Part shown: positions 15,582 through 28,408 of the stretch, piece by piece
Numbering within the stretch: the stretch's first letter is position 1
Layout: each line of letters begins with the position of its first letter
Origin: Candidatus Woesearchaeota archaeon
GTDB lineage: Archaea > Nanobdellota > Nanobdellia > Woesearchaeales > ARS49
NCBI GenBank assembly: GCA_016203225.1
Contig: JACQNC010000003.1
Location: 2,537-66,536, forward strand
Length of the DNA: 64,000 bases
Reading direction: 5' to 3'
Notes under the pieces: model-generated
What the model saw: the letters and a program-made list of their open reading frames with translations, nothing else
What the model was told of the DNA's origin: nothing
The model's database searches: none
Made by a program: the position numbers and the translations under genes

Positions 15582-18467
15582 TCAGACACCGTTTCTTGAA
15601 CGGATGACGAAAAATCCCATCATGACGCCAGCCAGCGCGATTAGCAAGGTCCACGTGCTGAACTCGGGAACGCCTATCGCGGTGATCGTGACGGTATCGT
15701 TCGCGGTGAGTGTGTCGAAACCGGCTGCCGCGCAGGTCACGTTCCAGTCCGTGGTGCCTGAACCCCCATAGGTCTTCGTCGTCTTGTACGCGCCGTTGAT
15801 CGCGCTGTACGTCATCGACTGGGCAGTGCTGTCGACCCCGAAGCTCGCGTTGCACGAAGCACCCAGGATGTCAAAACCCGAAGTGCCGTTGTAGTAGTCC
15901 CCGAAGAACTCGATCGTGTCTCCCGGGTACTGGGTCGTGCTATCGGTCTCGTCGTAGATAGTGAGATTGGTGGTCGAGTTGCCCGAAGAGCTGAACCCTG
16001 TGAAGTGGCTCACGTTGAACACCAACGTGCCGCCAACATCGCTGAGCTTGGTGCACACGCTCGCGGGGCAGTCAACGAACGTCCCGTCATCCTCGAAATC
16101 GATAAGCGGCATGTTTGCGGTGGTCGTAAGCCCGATGAATGTGATGTTCGCGGACGTGTTGAGCCCGGCCTGGCTACTCGCATTGACCGAAACCAGCTGC
16201 GTGCCAAGCCGCACGTTCCTGCTGAGGTTCCCAACGACCGCGGTGAACGATGTCCAGGCGACTCGCGCGACAGATCGGTTCTCCAGAGTGATCCGCGACG
16301 CGCTCCCATAGACGCTGCCCGCGTCCTCGAAAGATGCGCTGTAGATGATGTGCAAGCGCGCGCCGACCGCCGCGAGGCTAGTGTTCCTGAACATGAGACG
16401 CGTGGCGTTGAGAGTCACAGAATAGCTGGCGTTGAGGGTGATGTTCCCCTGGACAGTCGCGTTGCCGAAGGTGAGGTTCGTGAACGCCAATGCGAGATTG
16501 GGCGCGTAATGATTGCCTATGACCACGCACTCCTTGTCAGGCGAACCGGTAGTGCAGAGCGAGCCGATGGCGTTGTTGACAGCGATAGTGCCGTCTTCTG
16601 CCTGGTAGGCTGTCGCGAGCCCCGCTCCTATGTTGCCGAGGCTCTGCATTGTTCCTGTGAAGTTGCTGGTGGTGTACGTGATTGAGATGCGGCCGCCACC
16701 TGCGCCTCCGCCGCCGTTGCCTGCCGCGAGACCTGTCCCGCCCGTGCCACCGTTAGCCATGATCAGACCGTTCCCTGCGAGCGTCGATGCCTGGATGAAG
16801 ATCGAACCTCCAGAACCGCCACCGCCTCCGTTGCCAGAACCATCGCTTCCGCCCGTCGAACCGTTCGAAACGATGAGACCGTTCACGGTCAGGACACTCG
16901 ACAGGTTCATATGGATGAACCCGCCACCGGTGCCTCCGAGACCGCTCCCGCCACCGGAACCGCCGCCGCTGCCGAGCACGGCCGGAGCGGTCGCGCTCCC
17001 ATAGCTCAATCCACCGAAAGTTCCCGACCCGCTCTGAGCGCCGGTGCCGCCAAAACCCGCACCGCCCGCTCCTCCGCTTCCTGACTCGGAGGTATTGATG
17101 CCTCGTCCAGGACCGTTCGCGGATGTGAGGCCGCGTCCGGTCGTCGAGAGGTTCGCGAGTGCCGCGATGGTCATGTTAGTCATGATGACCGTGATGTTCT
17201 GCGCAGCCATCGTGCCCGAGAGCGTGAACGTCCCATTACCAGCCGTCGCCCGCCTTACGTTGATCACGGTCGGCACGCTCACGGCGCCTTGGACCGTGCC
17301 GTTGACGATGAGAGCGTCATCGGTGAGGTTCAGGATGGTGCCGCTGCCGAGCGAGGTGTTGCCGGAAAGGATCAACGATGACAGCGAGTACGACGCGATG
17401 CTGATGATGACGTTCGTGCCGACCGAGAGGTGACCTCCTGAACGCTGCTCGAACCTGCTCGCGTTAATCGATATCCTGTACGAGTTGTTGATCGACAGGG
17501 ACGCGCTGTCCGCGGAGGTATTGCCGATGGTGACGTTCGCGAACGTCATGTTCTCGTTCGGCAGCAGGTGCGTGCCGGTGATCGTGCAGGTCTTGTCGGG
17601 GCTTCCTTGCGCGCACGAGATCCCTCCTTTGTTGTTCACTGCGACCGAACCGTCTTCTGCCTGATAGGCCGTCGCGAGCCCTGCTCCTATGTTGCCGAAG
17701 CTCCGAGTGGTGCCGGTGAACGTAGAAGTCGTGTAGATCATGGCGATGCGGCCTCCGCCACCGCCACCGCCACCATTACCTGCCGCAGCGCCTGTTCCGC
17801 CTGTTCCGCCGTTGGTCATGATGAGTCCGTTGCCAGCGAGCGTCGATGCCTGGATGAAGATCGAACCTCCAGAACCGCCACCGCCGCCATTATCAGAACC
17901 GGTGTTGCCTCCAGCAGATCCGTTCGCAGTTACCGTGCCTAGGATCGTCAGCGTGCCGGAGACATTCAACAGGATGGCACCGCCACCTGCCCCGCCGACG
18001 CCGCTTCCGCCGCCGGTGCCGCCGCCGCTGCCGAGCGATGCAGGAGCCGTCGTGTTTCCGTAAGCGATACCGGCAGGCGTCCCTGACGCGCTCTGTGCGC
18101 CTGCGCCCCCGTAGCCTGCGCCGCCGGCTCCTGCGCTTCCTGATTCTGCGGTGTCAATTCCCTGGCCAGGGCCCGTCGACGCGCCGAACCCTTGTCCGTT
18201 CGCGGTGAGCGTTCCGTTGATCGTCATCGTGTTGGCGATGATTTCCACTCCCGGGAAACCGGATGCGCCCGTGTCACCTTGCGCAGTCACGGTAGCGCTG
18301 GCGTTGATGACGAGGATGTCGTACGTGAACGTGCCAGCCGCGAGCGTGCAGCTGTCATTTATCGTCACGTTGCCTGACGTCGGACAGGTCGTTTGACCGA
18401 GAACAGGGACCGAGGACAGGATTCCTATGAGAAGCAAGAGCCCGAAACGCGCATGGAACTTATTCAT
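15582..18467 (-). CDS. Large Gly-rich beta-helix-like surface protein with PEF-CTERM sorting signal
   Basis: 961 aa from Met at 18467, with signal peptide MNKFHARFGLLLLIGILSSVPVLG. Two ~353-aa tandem repeats with GGGGGSGGSIFIQASTLAGNGLI. Many N-x-S/T sequons. C-terminus GVPEFSTWTLLIALAGVMMGFFVIRSRNGV. Confidence 0.85.
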   Translation of the reverse strand: MNKFHARFGLLLLIGILSSVPVLGQTTCPTSGNVTINDSCTLAAGTFTYDILVINASATVTAQGDTGASGFPGVEIIANTMTINGTLTANGQGFGASTGPGQGIDTAESGSAGAGGAGYGGAGAQSASGTPAGIAYGNTTAPASLGSGGGTGGGSGVGGAGGGAILLNVSGTLTILGTVTANGSAGGNTGSDNGGGGGSGGSIFIQASTLAGNGLIMTNGGTGGTGAAAGNGGGGGGGGRIAMIYTTSTFTGTTRSFGNIGAGLATAYQAEDGSVAVNNKGGISCAQGSPDKTCTITGTHLLPNENMTFANVTIGNTSADSASLSINNSYRISINASRFEQRSGGHLSVGTNVIISIASYSLSSLILSGNTSLGSGTILNLTDDALIVNGTVQGAVSVPTVINVRRATAGNGTFTLSGTMAAQNITVIMTNMTIAALANLSTTGRGLTSANGPGRGINTSESGSGGAGGAGFGGTGAQSGSGTFGGLSYGSATAPAVLGSGGGSGGGSGLGGTGGGFIHMNLSSVLTVNGLIVSNGSTGGSDGSGNGGGGGSGGSIFIQASTLAGNGLIMANGGTGGTGLAAGNGGGGAGGGRISITYTTSNFTGTMQSLGNIGAGLATAYQAEDGTIAVNNAIGSLCTTGSPDKECVVIGNHYAPNLALAFTNLTFGNATVQGNITLNASYSVTLNATRLMFRNTSLAAVGARLHIIYSASFEDAGSVYGSASRITLENRSVARVAWTSFTAVVGNLSRNVRLGTQLVSVNASSQAGLNTSANITFIGLTTTANMPLIDFEDDGTFVDCPASVCTKLSDVGGTLVFNVSHFTGFSSSGNSTTNLTIYDETDSTTQYPGDTIEFFGDYYNGTSGFDILGASCNASFGVDSTAQSMTYSAINGAYKTTKTYGGSGTTDWNVTCAAAGFDTLTANDTVTITAIGVPEFSTWTLLIALAGVMMGFFVIRSRNGV

Positions 18468-18502
18468 CACACTCCCCTTTTGGTCCTTACGATGGACCCG
18501 CG

Positions 18503-18537
18503 CTATATAAATGTTCAGGGCAACCATTATATATTTG
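18503..18537. promoter_or_regulatory. Divergent TATA-box pair (CTATATAAAT / TTATATATTT) serving the surface-protein gene and trmB
   Basis: The first TATA element is 36-45 nt from ATG 18467 (minus strand). The second is 20-29 nt from ATG 18556 (plus strand). Confidence 0.5.
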
Positions 18538-18555
18538 CGGGTGGATTGTTCCCAC

Positions 18556-19260
18556 ATGTTCGACAAGCTCATCCCGTTGGGATTGACTTCGACCGAGGCC
18601 AAGATATACGTGACATTGATCGATCTCGGCAAGGCGCAGGCGGGCATCGTGTCGCGCAAGACCGGCATCCACCGAAGGAGCGTGTACGACGCTTTGGAGC
18701 GCCTGATCGAGAAAGGGCTGGTGTCGTACATCAAGGAGAACGACAAGCGCTACTATCTACCAACGGATCCGCAACGCATCGATGAGCTCCTGCACGAGAC
18801 GCAGGCGAGCATCGCGACCATCCTTCCCGCGCTGAAGGCGAAGTACAACGAGGTCAAGCAGAAGCAGGAAACGCTGTTCTACAAGGGCGTGGAAGGCATC
18901 AAGACCGTGTTCGAGGACCAGATCGCGACCGGACAGGACGTTTTCATCTACGGCGCGGCCAAGAACGCCACGGAAGTGCTGAAGTACTACATGCCGCACT
19001 TCACGAACAAGCGCATCGCGAAGAAGATCAAGCTCCACATGATCTACGCGGGCAAGCGCATCGGGAACCCTATCCCTCTGGCCGCGGTGAAGTTCCTGCC
19101 TGTCGAGTTCGACAACCCCGTGGCGACGAACATCTACGGCGACAAAGTGGCGATCATCCTCTGGACTTACGAGCCGATAGTAATCCTGATCAAGAACAAG
19201 GACATCGCGACCGCTTACAAGAGCTACTTTGATCTTCTTTGGAAACTCGCCAAAGATTGA
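18556..19260 (+). CDS. trmB: TrmB-family transcriptional regulator
   Basis: N-terminal wHTH GLTSTEAKIYVTLIDLGKAQAGIVSRKTGIHRRSVYDALERLIEKGLV. 234 aa from internal Met. Confidence 0.8.
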   Translation: MFDKLIPLGLTSTEAKIYVTLIDLGKAQAGIVSRKTGIHRRSVYDALERLIEKGLVSYIKENDKRYYLPTDPQRIDELLHETQASIATILPALKAKYNEVKQKQETLFYKGVEGIKTVFEDQIATGQDVFIYGAAKNATEVLKYYMPHFTNKRIAKKIKLHMIYAGKRIGNPIPLAAVKFLPVEFDNPVATNIYGDKVAIILWTYEPIVILIKNKDIATAYKSYFDLLWKLAKD

Positions 19261-19278
19261 CCATCGCTGCGCTTCACC

Positions 19279-19409
19279 GTTCCCAGGCAGGTTTGACGTT
19301 GTTTTATCGGTATTGATTCGATACGAGCCGAGTCCAGCAGGCTCGGCTGTACCGCAGAACGCTGCGTTCTGCAGGTAGCCAATACCCCCGCACCAATCTG
19401 CTTGGGAAC
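19279..19409 (+). repeat. Intergenic palindromic repeat family, copy B (long form, archetype)
   Basis: Terminal inverted repeats GTTCCCAGGCAGGTTTG (19279-19295) and CAATCTGCTTGGGAAC (19394-19409). Internal hairpins at 19325-19348 and 19353-19371. Starts 19 nt after the trmB stop. Confidence 0.75.
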
Positions 19410-19580
19410 GCGGAGCTTGGCCGCACGTGTCAACGGCATTTCTTTTCTCTACGCAAAAAATCACTACGCAGTGAACTGAAGCGACTGCTGCGGTAATCGC
19501 ATCAAAAACAGTACGATTGCACAACCGCAATGCATATAAATCATTAAAAAGTGATGCATTGTGGTACCAAAAGAGGTGCG

Positions 19581-19598
19581 ACCACAATCTGTTGTGGT
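19581..19598. promoter_or_regulatory. NrdR-box-like palindrome ACCACAA-TCTG-TTGTGGT
   Basis: By hand alignment, 12 of 16 central positions fit the bacterial NrdR-box consensus acaCwAtATaTwGtgt. Lies upstream of nrdR-nrdJ. Confidence 0.5.
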
Positions 19599-19639
19599 TT
19601 TTCCATCGTCGGCATCGTCGGTGGCTCTCGCGGTATCGC

Positions 19640-19655
19640 GCACAATACCTTGTGC
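19640..19655. promoter_or_regulatory. NrdR-box-like palindrome GCACAA-TACC-TTGTGC
   Basis: 12/16 fit to the NrdR-box consensus by hand alignment. Lies 26 nt upstream of the nrdR ATG. Confidence 0.5.
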
Positions 19656-19680
19656 ATCAAAAAAGAGACCATGAAGTGAA

Positions 19681-20136
19681 ATGAAGTGCCCATTTTGCCT
19701 GCATACCGAGACGAAAGTCGTGGACAGCCGCGAGACGACCGATCTCGCGGCGACGCGCAGACGAAGGGAATGCCTCGATTGCGAGAAACGCTTCACCACG
19801 TACGAACAACTGGACACGGTGGACTTGGCAGTGGTCAAGAAGGACGGACGTCGCGAGGCGTTCAACAAGGAGAAACTGACGCGCGGCATGCTCAAGGCAT
19901 GCGAGAAACGACCGATAGGCCGCGAGAAGGTCGAGGCGTCTGTCGCGGCCATCGAAGCGCAGCTGCGCAAAGGCGACCGCGCAGAGGTCAGCTCGCGCAA
20001 AGTGGGCGAGCTCGTCATGGAGCAACTGAAGAAGCTGGACCACGTCGCGTACGTGCGCTTCGCTTCCGTATACCGTTCCTTCCGCGACATTTCACAGTTC
20101 GAGAAGGAGATCAAGATGTTGAAACAGCAGCGATGA
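19681..20136 (+). CDS. nrdR: Transcriptional repressor NrdR (zinc ribbon + ATP-cone)
   Basis: MKCPFCLHTETKVVDSRETTD...RRRRECLDCEKRFTTYE zinc ribbon followed by an ATP-cone. 151 aa. Confidence 0.9.
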   Translation: MKCPFCLHTETKVVDSRETTDLAATRRRRECLDCEKRFTTYEQLDTVDLAVVKKDGRREAFNKEKLTRGMLKACEKRPIGREKVEASVAAIEAQLRKGDRAEVSSRKVGELVMEQLKKLDHVAYVRFASVYRSFRDISQFEKEIKMLKQQR

Positions 20137-20145
20137 GGTGTTGAG

Positions 20146-24297
<4,152 letters not shown>

Positions 24298-24338
24298 GTT
24301 CCGCAACGTTTTTATCCTTCTACCTTGCCGGAGGCATC

Positions 24339-24941
24339 ATGGAACCAAATCCCGTGTATGGAAACATCGCTGACGAAAAGACGCTGAAGAAGACCGCTGC
24401 CGCTCTGGAGAGGAACGGCATGAAGGCGCACGTGGTCAAGAGCGGAGCCGATGCGAAGCAGAAGGTGCTTTCGCTCGTCCCGAAGGGCGCCCAAATCATG
24501 ACCATGACCTCGCAGACTTTCGAAGCGCTCGGGCTGACCGCTACGCTGAACGGCAAGGACTACGATCCTGTGAGGAACCGGTTCGATAAGGTGGATTCGC
24601 GCACGCAGCGCCAACTCGGAGCGGCCCCTGACTGGGCGGTAGGTTCATGCCACGCGGTCACTGAGGACGGCAGCCTGCTTTGGGCCAGCGCGACCGGAAG
24701 CCAGCTTCCCGCGTTCGCATACGGCGCGGCCAACGTCGTGCTCGTCGTCGGCGGACAGAAGATCGTCAAGGACGTCGACGAAGGGATGAAGCGGATAAAA
24801 GAGTACACGTTCCCGCTGGAGGATGCCCGCGCACTGAAGGCGTACGGAGTCCATTCGGGCGTGAACAAGGTTTTGATCATCAACAAGGAAGCCCAGCCAC
24901 GGATCCACGTCATCCTCGTGCAGGAGAAGCTGGGATACTGA
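24339..24941 (+). CDS. LUD-domain (lactate utilisation C-like / DUF162) protein
   Basis: 200 aa. Overall pattern, including SCHAVTEDGSLLWASATGSQL and NVVLVVGGQKIV, resembles LUD_dom proteins. Confidence 0.65.
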   Translation: MEPNPVYGNIADEKTLKKTAAALERNGMKAHVVKSGADAKQKVLSLVPKGAQIMTMTSQTFEALGLTATLNGKDYDPVRNRFDKVDSRTQRQLGAAPDWAVGSCHAVTEDGSLLWASATGSQLPAFAYGAANVVLVVGGQKIVKDVDEGMKRIKEYTFPLEDARALKAYGVHSGVNKVLIINKEAQPRIHVILVQEKLGY

Positions 24942-25282
24942 TGGCACTCGAAGACAGGTTCGCGGAGAACGTACGCGGGTGGCGCGAGCATTGCAACGGA
25001 TTCGGGTTCGGCGTCGATCCCCGGAGGTACACCGATTGCGACGCGTACCGCGCGATCGTGCAGCTCGGCGCGGCAGCGCTGCCATTGATACGCGAAGCGT
25101 ACCTGGATGAGAAGCTCATCGGCACGCACCGTTGGGATTCAGCAGTGAAAGCCATCATGGGCACCGCGTTCGAGATCCCGAAGGAGTTCCTTGATGATCC
25201 CGAGAAGGCCAAGGCGTACACGATCGGCTGGATCGACAGACATCTCAGCGTACGCACCAAGACCGCGCGATTCACGACATGA
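24941..25282 (+). CDS. Hypothetical protein (113 aa)
   Basis: ATG overlaps the previous stop (TGATG), and its own end overlaps the next gene. No family recognised. Confidence 0.5.
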   Translation: MALEDRFAENVRGWREHCNGFGFGVDPRRYTDCDAYRAIVQLGAAALPLIREAYLDEKLIGTHRWDSAVKAIMGTAFEIPKEFLDDPEKAKAYTIGWIDRHLSVRTKTARFTT

Positions 25283-25797
25283 CCCTCTACTACACAAAAG
25301 CCGGCGACAAGGGCGAGACGGGGTTCTTCGGCGGACGGTTGAAGAAGTCGGACCAAAGGTTCTCCGCCATCGGCGATGTCGATGAGACTAACGCCGCGCT
25401 AGGCGTGGCGCTCGCGCACTGCGATGACGGGCAGGTCAGGCAGGCCATATTGAAAGCACAGAACCTGCTCTTCACTGTCGGCGCCGAGTTGGCCGGAACC
25501 GCGAAAGTGCACGTGACAGCGGAGCACGTCACTGAGCTCGAGAAGACTATCGATCGTTTCGCAGAACTCATCAAGCCACAGACGACGTTCCTGCTTCCGA
25601 ACGGCACGAAAGCGGCGAGCTTTCTCCACCTTGCGCGCGCCGTCTGCCGTCGCGCGGAGCGAAGCGCGGTAGTGCTGAACGAGAAAACCCCCCTGAATCC
25701 CGAACTGTTGCGCTATCTGAACAGGATGTCTTCCTTATTGCACGTGCTAGCGAGATACGAGAACAGAAAGATAACTGAAAGCGCTCCGACGTACTGA
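25279..25797 (+). CDS. pduO: ATP:cob(I)alamin adenosyltransferase, PduO type
   Basis: YTKAGDKGETG N-terminal motif and a helical bundle with LARAVCRRAER. 172 aa. Confidence 0.85.
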   Translation: MTLYYTKAGDKGETGFFGGRLKKSDQRFSAIGDVDETNAALGVALAHCDDGQVRQAILKAQNLLFTVGAELAGTAKVHVTAEHVTELEKTIDRFAELIKPQTTFLLPNGTKAASFLHLARAVCRRAERSAVVLNEKTPLNPELLRYLNRMSSLLHVLARYENRKITESAPTY

Positions 25798-26183
25798 TGA
25801 TAGAATACCTAGTCTTCTTCATCGTCTTTTCCTTCGTAGGGTGGGTGATCGATACCGGGTACCGCTCTGCCGTGGATCGCAGATATGCTCCGGGGAGCAT
25901 TTTCCCGTTCTTCGCTCCCATCTACGGTTTTGGCGGCATCATATTGGTCATCCTTTTCAATACATCATTAAACCCCGCAATCCATGTGCTCATAGGAGGG
26001 ATCGCGGCAACTACCGTAGAACTAGTAGGTGGAATGTTCTGCGTTAAATTTCTCAGACGCAGACTCTGGGACTATTCAAAGAATAGATGGCAGTATCGCG
26101 GCCACATAGATGCGTTGCACACAGTCTGCTGGTTCATCGTTACCGCGGCACTGAGAATGTTATTCCCGTACATGCAGGGCTGA
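25797..26183 (+). CDS. Small membrane protein (putative ABC-transporter type IV / DUF1113-like)
   Basis: 128 aa with 4 TM helices and a FSFVGWVIDTGY motif. The start overlaps the pduO stop. Confidence 0.5.
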   Translation: MIEYLVFFIVFSFVGWVIDTGYRSAVDRRYAPGSIFPFFAPIYGFGGIILVILFNTSLNPAIHVLIGGIAATTVELVGGMFCVKFLRRRLWDYSKNRWQYRGHIDALHTVCWFIVTAALRMLFPYMQG

Positions 26184-26187
26184 GGCG

Positions 26188-26739
26188 CTAAGGCCCAAGG
26201 CTCTTCCCGCCCTTGACGACATACGCCTTCTTTATCACGACGTCCTCCAACGGCTTGTCGTTCCTGTCGCGGGCGACGCTGACTATCTCGTCCACGACGT
26301 CCATGCCTTCCACGATCTTGCCGAACACGGGGTGCTTGGTGTCGAGGAAGTTGTTGTCGCCCACGTTGATGAAGAATTGCGAGCCGCCCGTGTTCGGGCC
26401 GGCGTTCGCCATCGCGATGGTGCCGCGATCGTTGCTGTTATGGCCCGTGAACTCGTCCTTGATGTTGTAGCCAGGCCCGCCTGTACCGGTGCCAGTGGGA
26501 TCGCCGCCCTGCGCCATGAAGTTCGGGATGACGCGGTGGAATATGACTCCGTCATAGAATCCTTTCTCTACGAGCTTCTGGAAGTTGCCTGCCGTGACAG
26601 GCATGTCCTGATACAATTCGATCTCGATGTCACCGTGATTCGTCTCCAAAATAACGCGAGTAGTCATGGGTCCTCCGCAGCCGGCGAGCAAAACGAGCAG
26701 GATGATTCCGGGCAATCGTCTCATATTGACGAAGTTCAT
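26188..26739 (-). CDS. ppiB: Cyclophilin-type peptidyl-prolyl cis-trans isomerase, lipobox signal peptide
   Basis: FHRVIPNFMAQGGDPTGTGTGGPGY cyclophilin core. N-terminal LLVLLAGCGG. Confidence 0.9.
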   Translation of the reverse strand: MNFVNMRRLPGIILLVLLAGCGGPMTTRVILETNHGDIEIELYQDMPVTAGNFQKLVEKGFYDGVIFHRVIPNFMAQGGDPTGTGTGGPGYNIKDEFTGHNSNDRGTIAMANAGPNTGGSQFFINVGDNNFLDTKHPVFGKIVEGMDVVDEIVSVARDRNDKPLEDVVIKKAYVVKGGKSLGP

Positions 26740-26749
26740 CGACCTGTAT

Positions 26750-27301
26750 TTAAGTTTTCGCGACGAATTTCGACAGTATCCGTCGCCCTATATCTTCGAT
26801 ATATTCTCCGGCGTCTTCGCTTCCCTTGGAAGTGATGTGGATGAGGTACTCATTTTTGACAATCCAAAGATGGTAATAGTAGACCGTCGATTCGTTGTTG
26901 ACGTAAAACCTGCTCAGATCCCCATAACCATCCTCGCTAATTAGTCCTTGGAAACCGCGCAAGTGCAGGGACTCGTATTGGTACGTGCCGTTGAGGTCTT
27001 CGAAATCAGTGAATTTCTTCAATTCGAGCACCACTTCGGTATCTGTCAAGCTGTTTATGGAATAGTTACAGAAGCTATACTGCGCCAACGGTGAGTGTTC
27101 ATCGGTTTGATATTCCTCGGTTCGGCAAGTTCCAGCAATTCCAATCTGCTGAAGGTCTTGTCCATCAAGCACCAGCTCCGGGGTTCCTGATATGGCATGG
27201 ACTGTAGTTGGACCGCCATCTCGCGCGCATCCTGCGATAAATATTAGGAGAATCGTTAGAATCACATCCGACTTCATAAAGTGACGCAAGCCAACCCCCA
27301 A
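26750..27301 (-). CDS. Hypothetical lipoprotein
   Basis: LLIFIAGCARDG lipobox. 183 aa. No family recognised. Confidence 0.55.
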   Translation of the reverse strand: MGVGLRHFMKSDVILTILLIFIAGCARDGGPTTVHAISGTPELVLDGQDLQQIGIAGTCRTEEYQTDEHSPLAQYSFCNYSINSLTDTEVVLELKKFTDFEDLNGTYQYESLHLRGFQGLISEDGYGDLSRFYVNNESTVYYYHLWIVKNEYLIHITSKGSEDAGEYIEDIGRRILSKFVAKT

Positions 27302-27322
27302 TAAAAAGCTTGTGAAAACTAT

Positions 27323-27772
27323 TTGAACAAGTTAGCGCGTTCTACGCGTATGCGCGACCTCGCCGTCCCTGAATTCCAGGACATGCTGTTTCATTACGCC
27401 AGGAAGATGCCATTCTGGCAGGACACACACAGGATAATCGTCGCGAAGGTAACAGACGGGATGGCCGCGGCGTACCGCACAGACCCGTGGGGCATCGGCT
27501 TCCGGACGACGCATTTCGACATCAATATCGGCAGCCGCGACAGCCCGACCACGTGCTACATCCTCTCGCTCGAGGTCGCGGAACACCAACGCAGACAAGG
27601 CCACGGCAAAGCGATGGTGGCCTGCATCGAGGACTTCTGCAAGGATTACGGATGCGACTCAATCGAGGTCACGGCATCGGGCGACGTCTCGCCGAAGCTC
27701 TACGCAGCGACGGGATTCACGCGCATCAAGGACGGCATCGTTGTGTTCCGCAAACCCATAACGCTTAAATAA
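27323..27772 (+). CDS. GNAT-family N-acetyltransferase
   Basis: The acetyl-CoA motif region VAEHQRRQGHGKAMV is followed by ATGFTRI. TTG start at 27323, or ATG at 27350. Confidence 0.65.
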   Translation: MNKLARSTRMRDLAVPEFQDMLFHYARKMPFWQDTHRIIVAKVTDGMAAAYRTDPWGIGFRTTHFDINIGSRDSPTTCYILSLEVAEHQRRQGHGKAMVACIEDFCKDYGCDSIEVTASGDVSPKLYAATGFTRIKDGIVVFRKPITLK

Positions 27773-27805
27773 GCGTCGCGAGATTTCTCATCCCGAGGTG
27801 GGTTT

Positions 27806-28408
27806 ATGGTCGATGTCAAACCGTTGAAGTACAAGTCATTGCCAGGGCTTTCTGAGAAGCAGCTTTCCGAGCACCACGATGTGCTCTATGCCGGCTATTG
27901 CAAGAAGGTCGACGAGATCAGAGAAAAGCTCGCGAAAGTCGATCTTTCCTCAGCGAACGCGACGTATTCTGATCTGCGCGAATTGAAGGTCGAGGAGACT
28001 TTCGCCCTGAACGGCGTGCGCCTGCACGAGGGCTACTTCGACAATCTCGGCGGCAGCGGCGGAAAGGCCTCCGGACACATCCTCAAGTTGATCGAGCAGG
28101 ATTTCGGCTCGTACGAGAAATGGGAAGCCGAGTTCAAAGCGCTCGGTCTGTGCGCGCGAGGCTGGGTCGTGTTGACGTTCGACTGGAAGGACTCGAAACT
28201 GCACAACTACGTGTCGGACGTCCACAACCAGGGCGGCGTGTGGCACTGCTCACCGTTGCTCATCCTGGACGTGTACGAGCACGCGTACTTCATCGACTAC
28301 GCGACAGGCAGGAAGAAGTACATCGAGGCCTACATGCAGAACATAGACTGGAGTGACTGCAACCAATGGGTCAAGAACCTCGGAATCGACAAACTCAGAA
28401 AGTCATGA
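27806..28408 (+). CDS. sod: Fe/Mn superoxide dismutase
   Basis: LSEHHDVLYAGY N-terminal His region and C-terminal DVYEHAYFIDY metal-ligand motif. Confidence 0.9.
   Translation: MVDVKPLKYKSLPGLSEKQLSEHHDVLYAGYCKKVDEIREKLAKVDLSSANATYSDLRELKVEETFALNGVRLHEGYFDNLGGSGGKASGHILKLIEQDFGSYEKWEAEFKALGLCARGWVVLTFDWKDSKLHNYVSDVHNQGGVWHCSPLLILDVYEHAYFIDYATGRKKYIEAYMQNIDWSDCNQWVKNLGIDKLRKS

Noticed and set aside
16630-18063. Pro-rich plus-strand ORFs (for example 16630..17004 and 17740..18063)
   Set aside because: They are the reverse-complement reading of the Gly-rich GGN tracts of the surface protein gene (NCC gives Pro), so they are not independent genes.
16500-18230. Possible CRISPR array, because of regular repeats
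   Set aside because: The repeat period is 1059 nt, lies inside an open reading frame and encodes a duplicated protein domain. There is no short repeat/spacer organisation anywhere in the window.
19279-19409. Interpretation of the dispersed repeats as tRNA genes or tRNA-derived elements (GATTCGA resembles a T-loop)
   Set aside because: No cloverleaf can be drawn. There is no acceptor/T-stem complementarity around GATTCGATAG, and no D-loop GG or anticodon arm of proper size.
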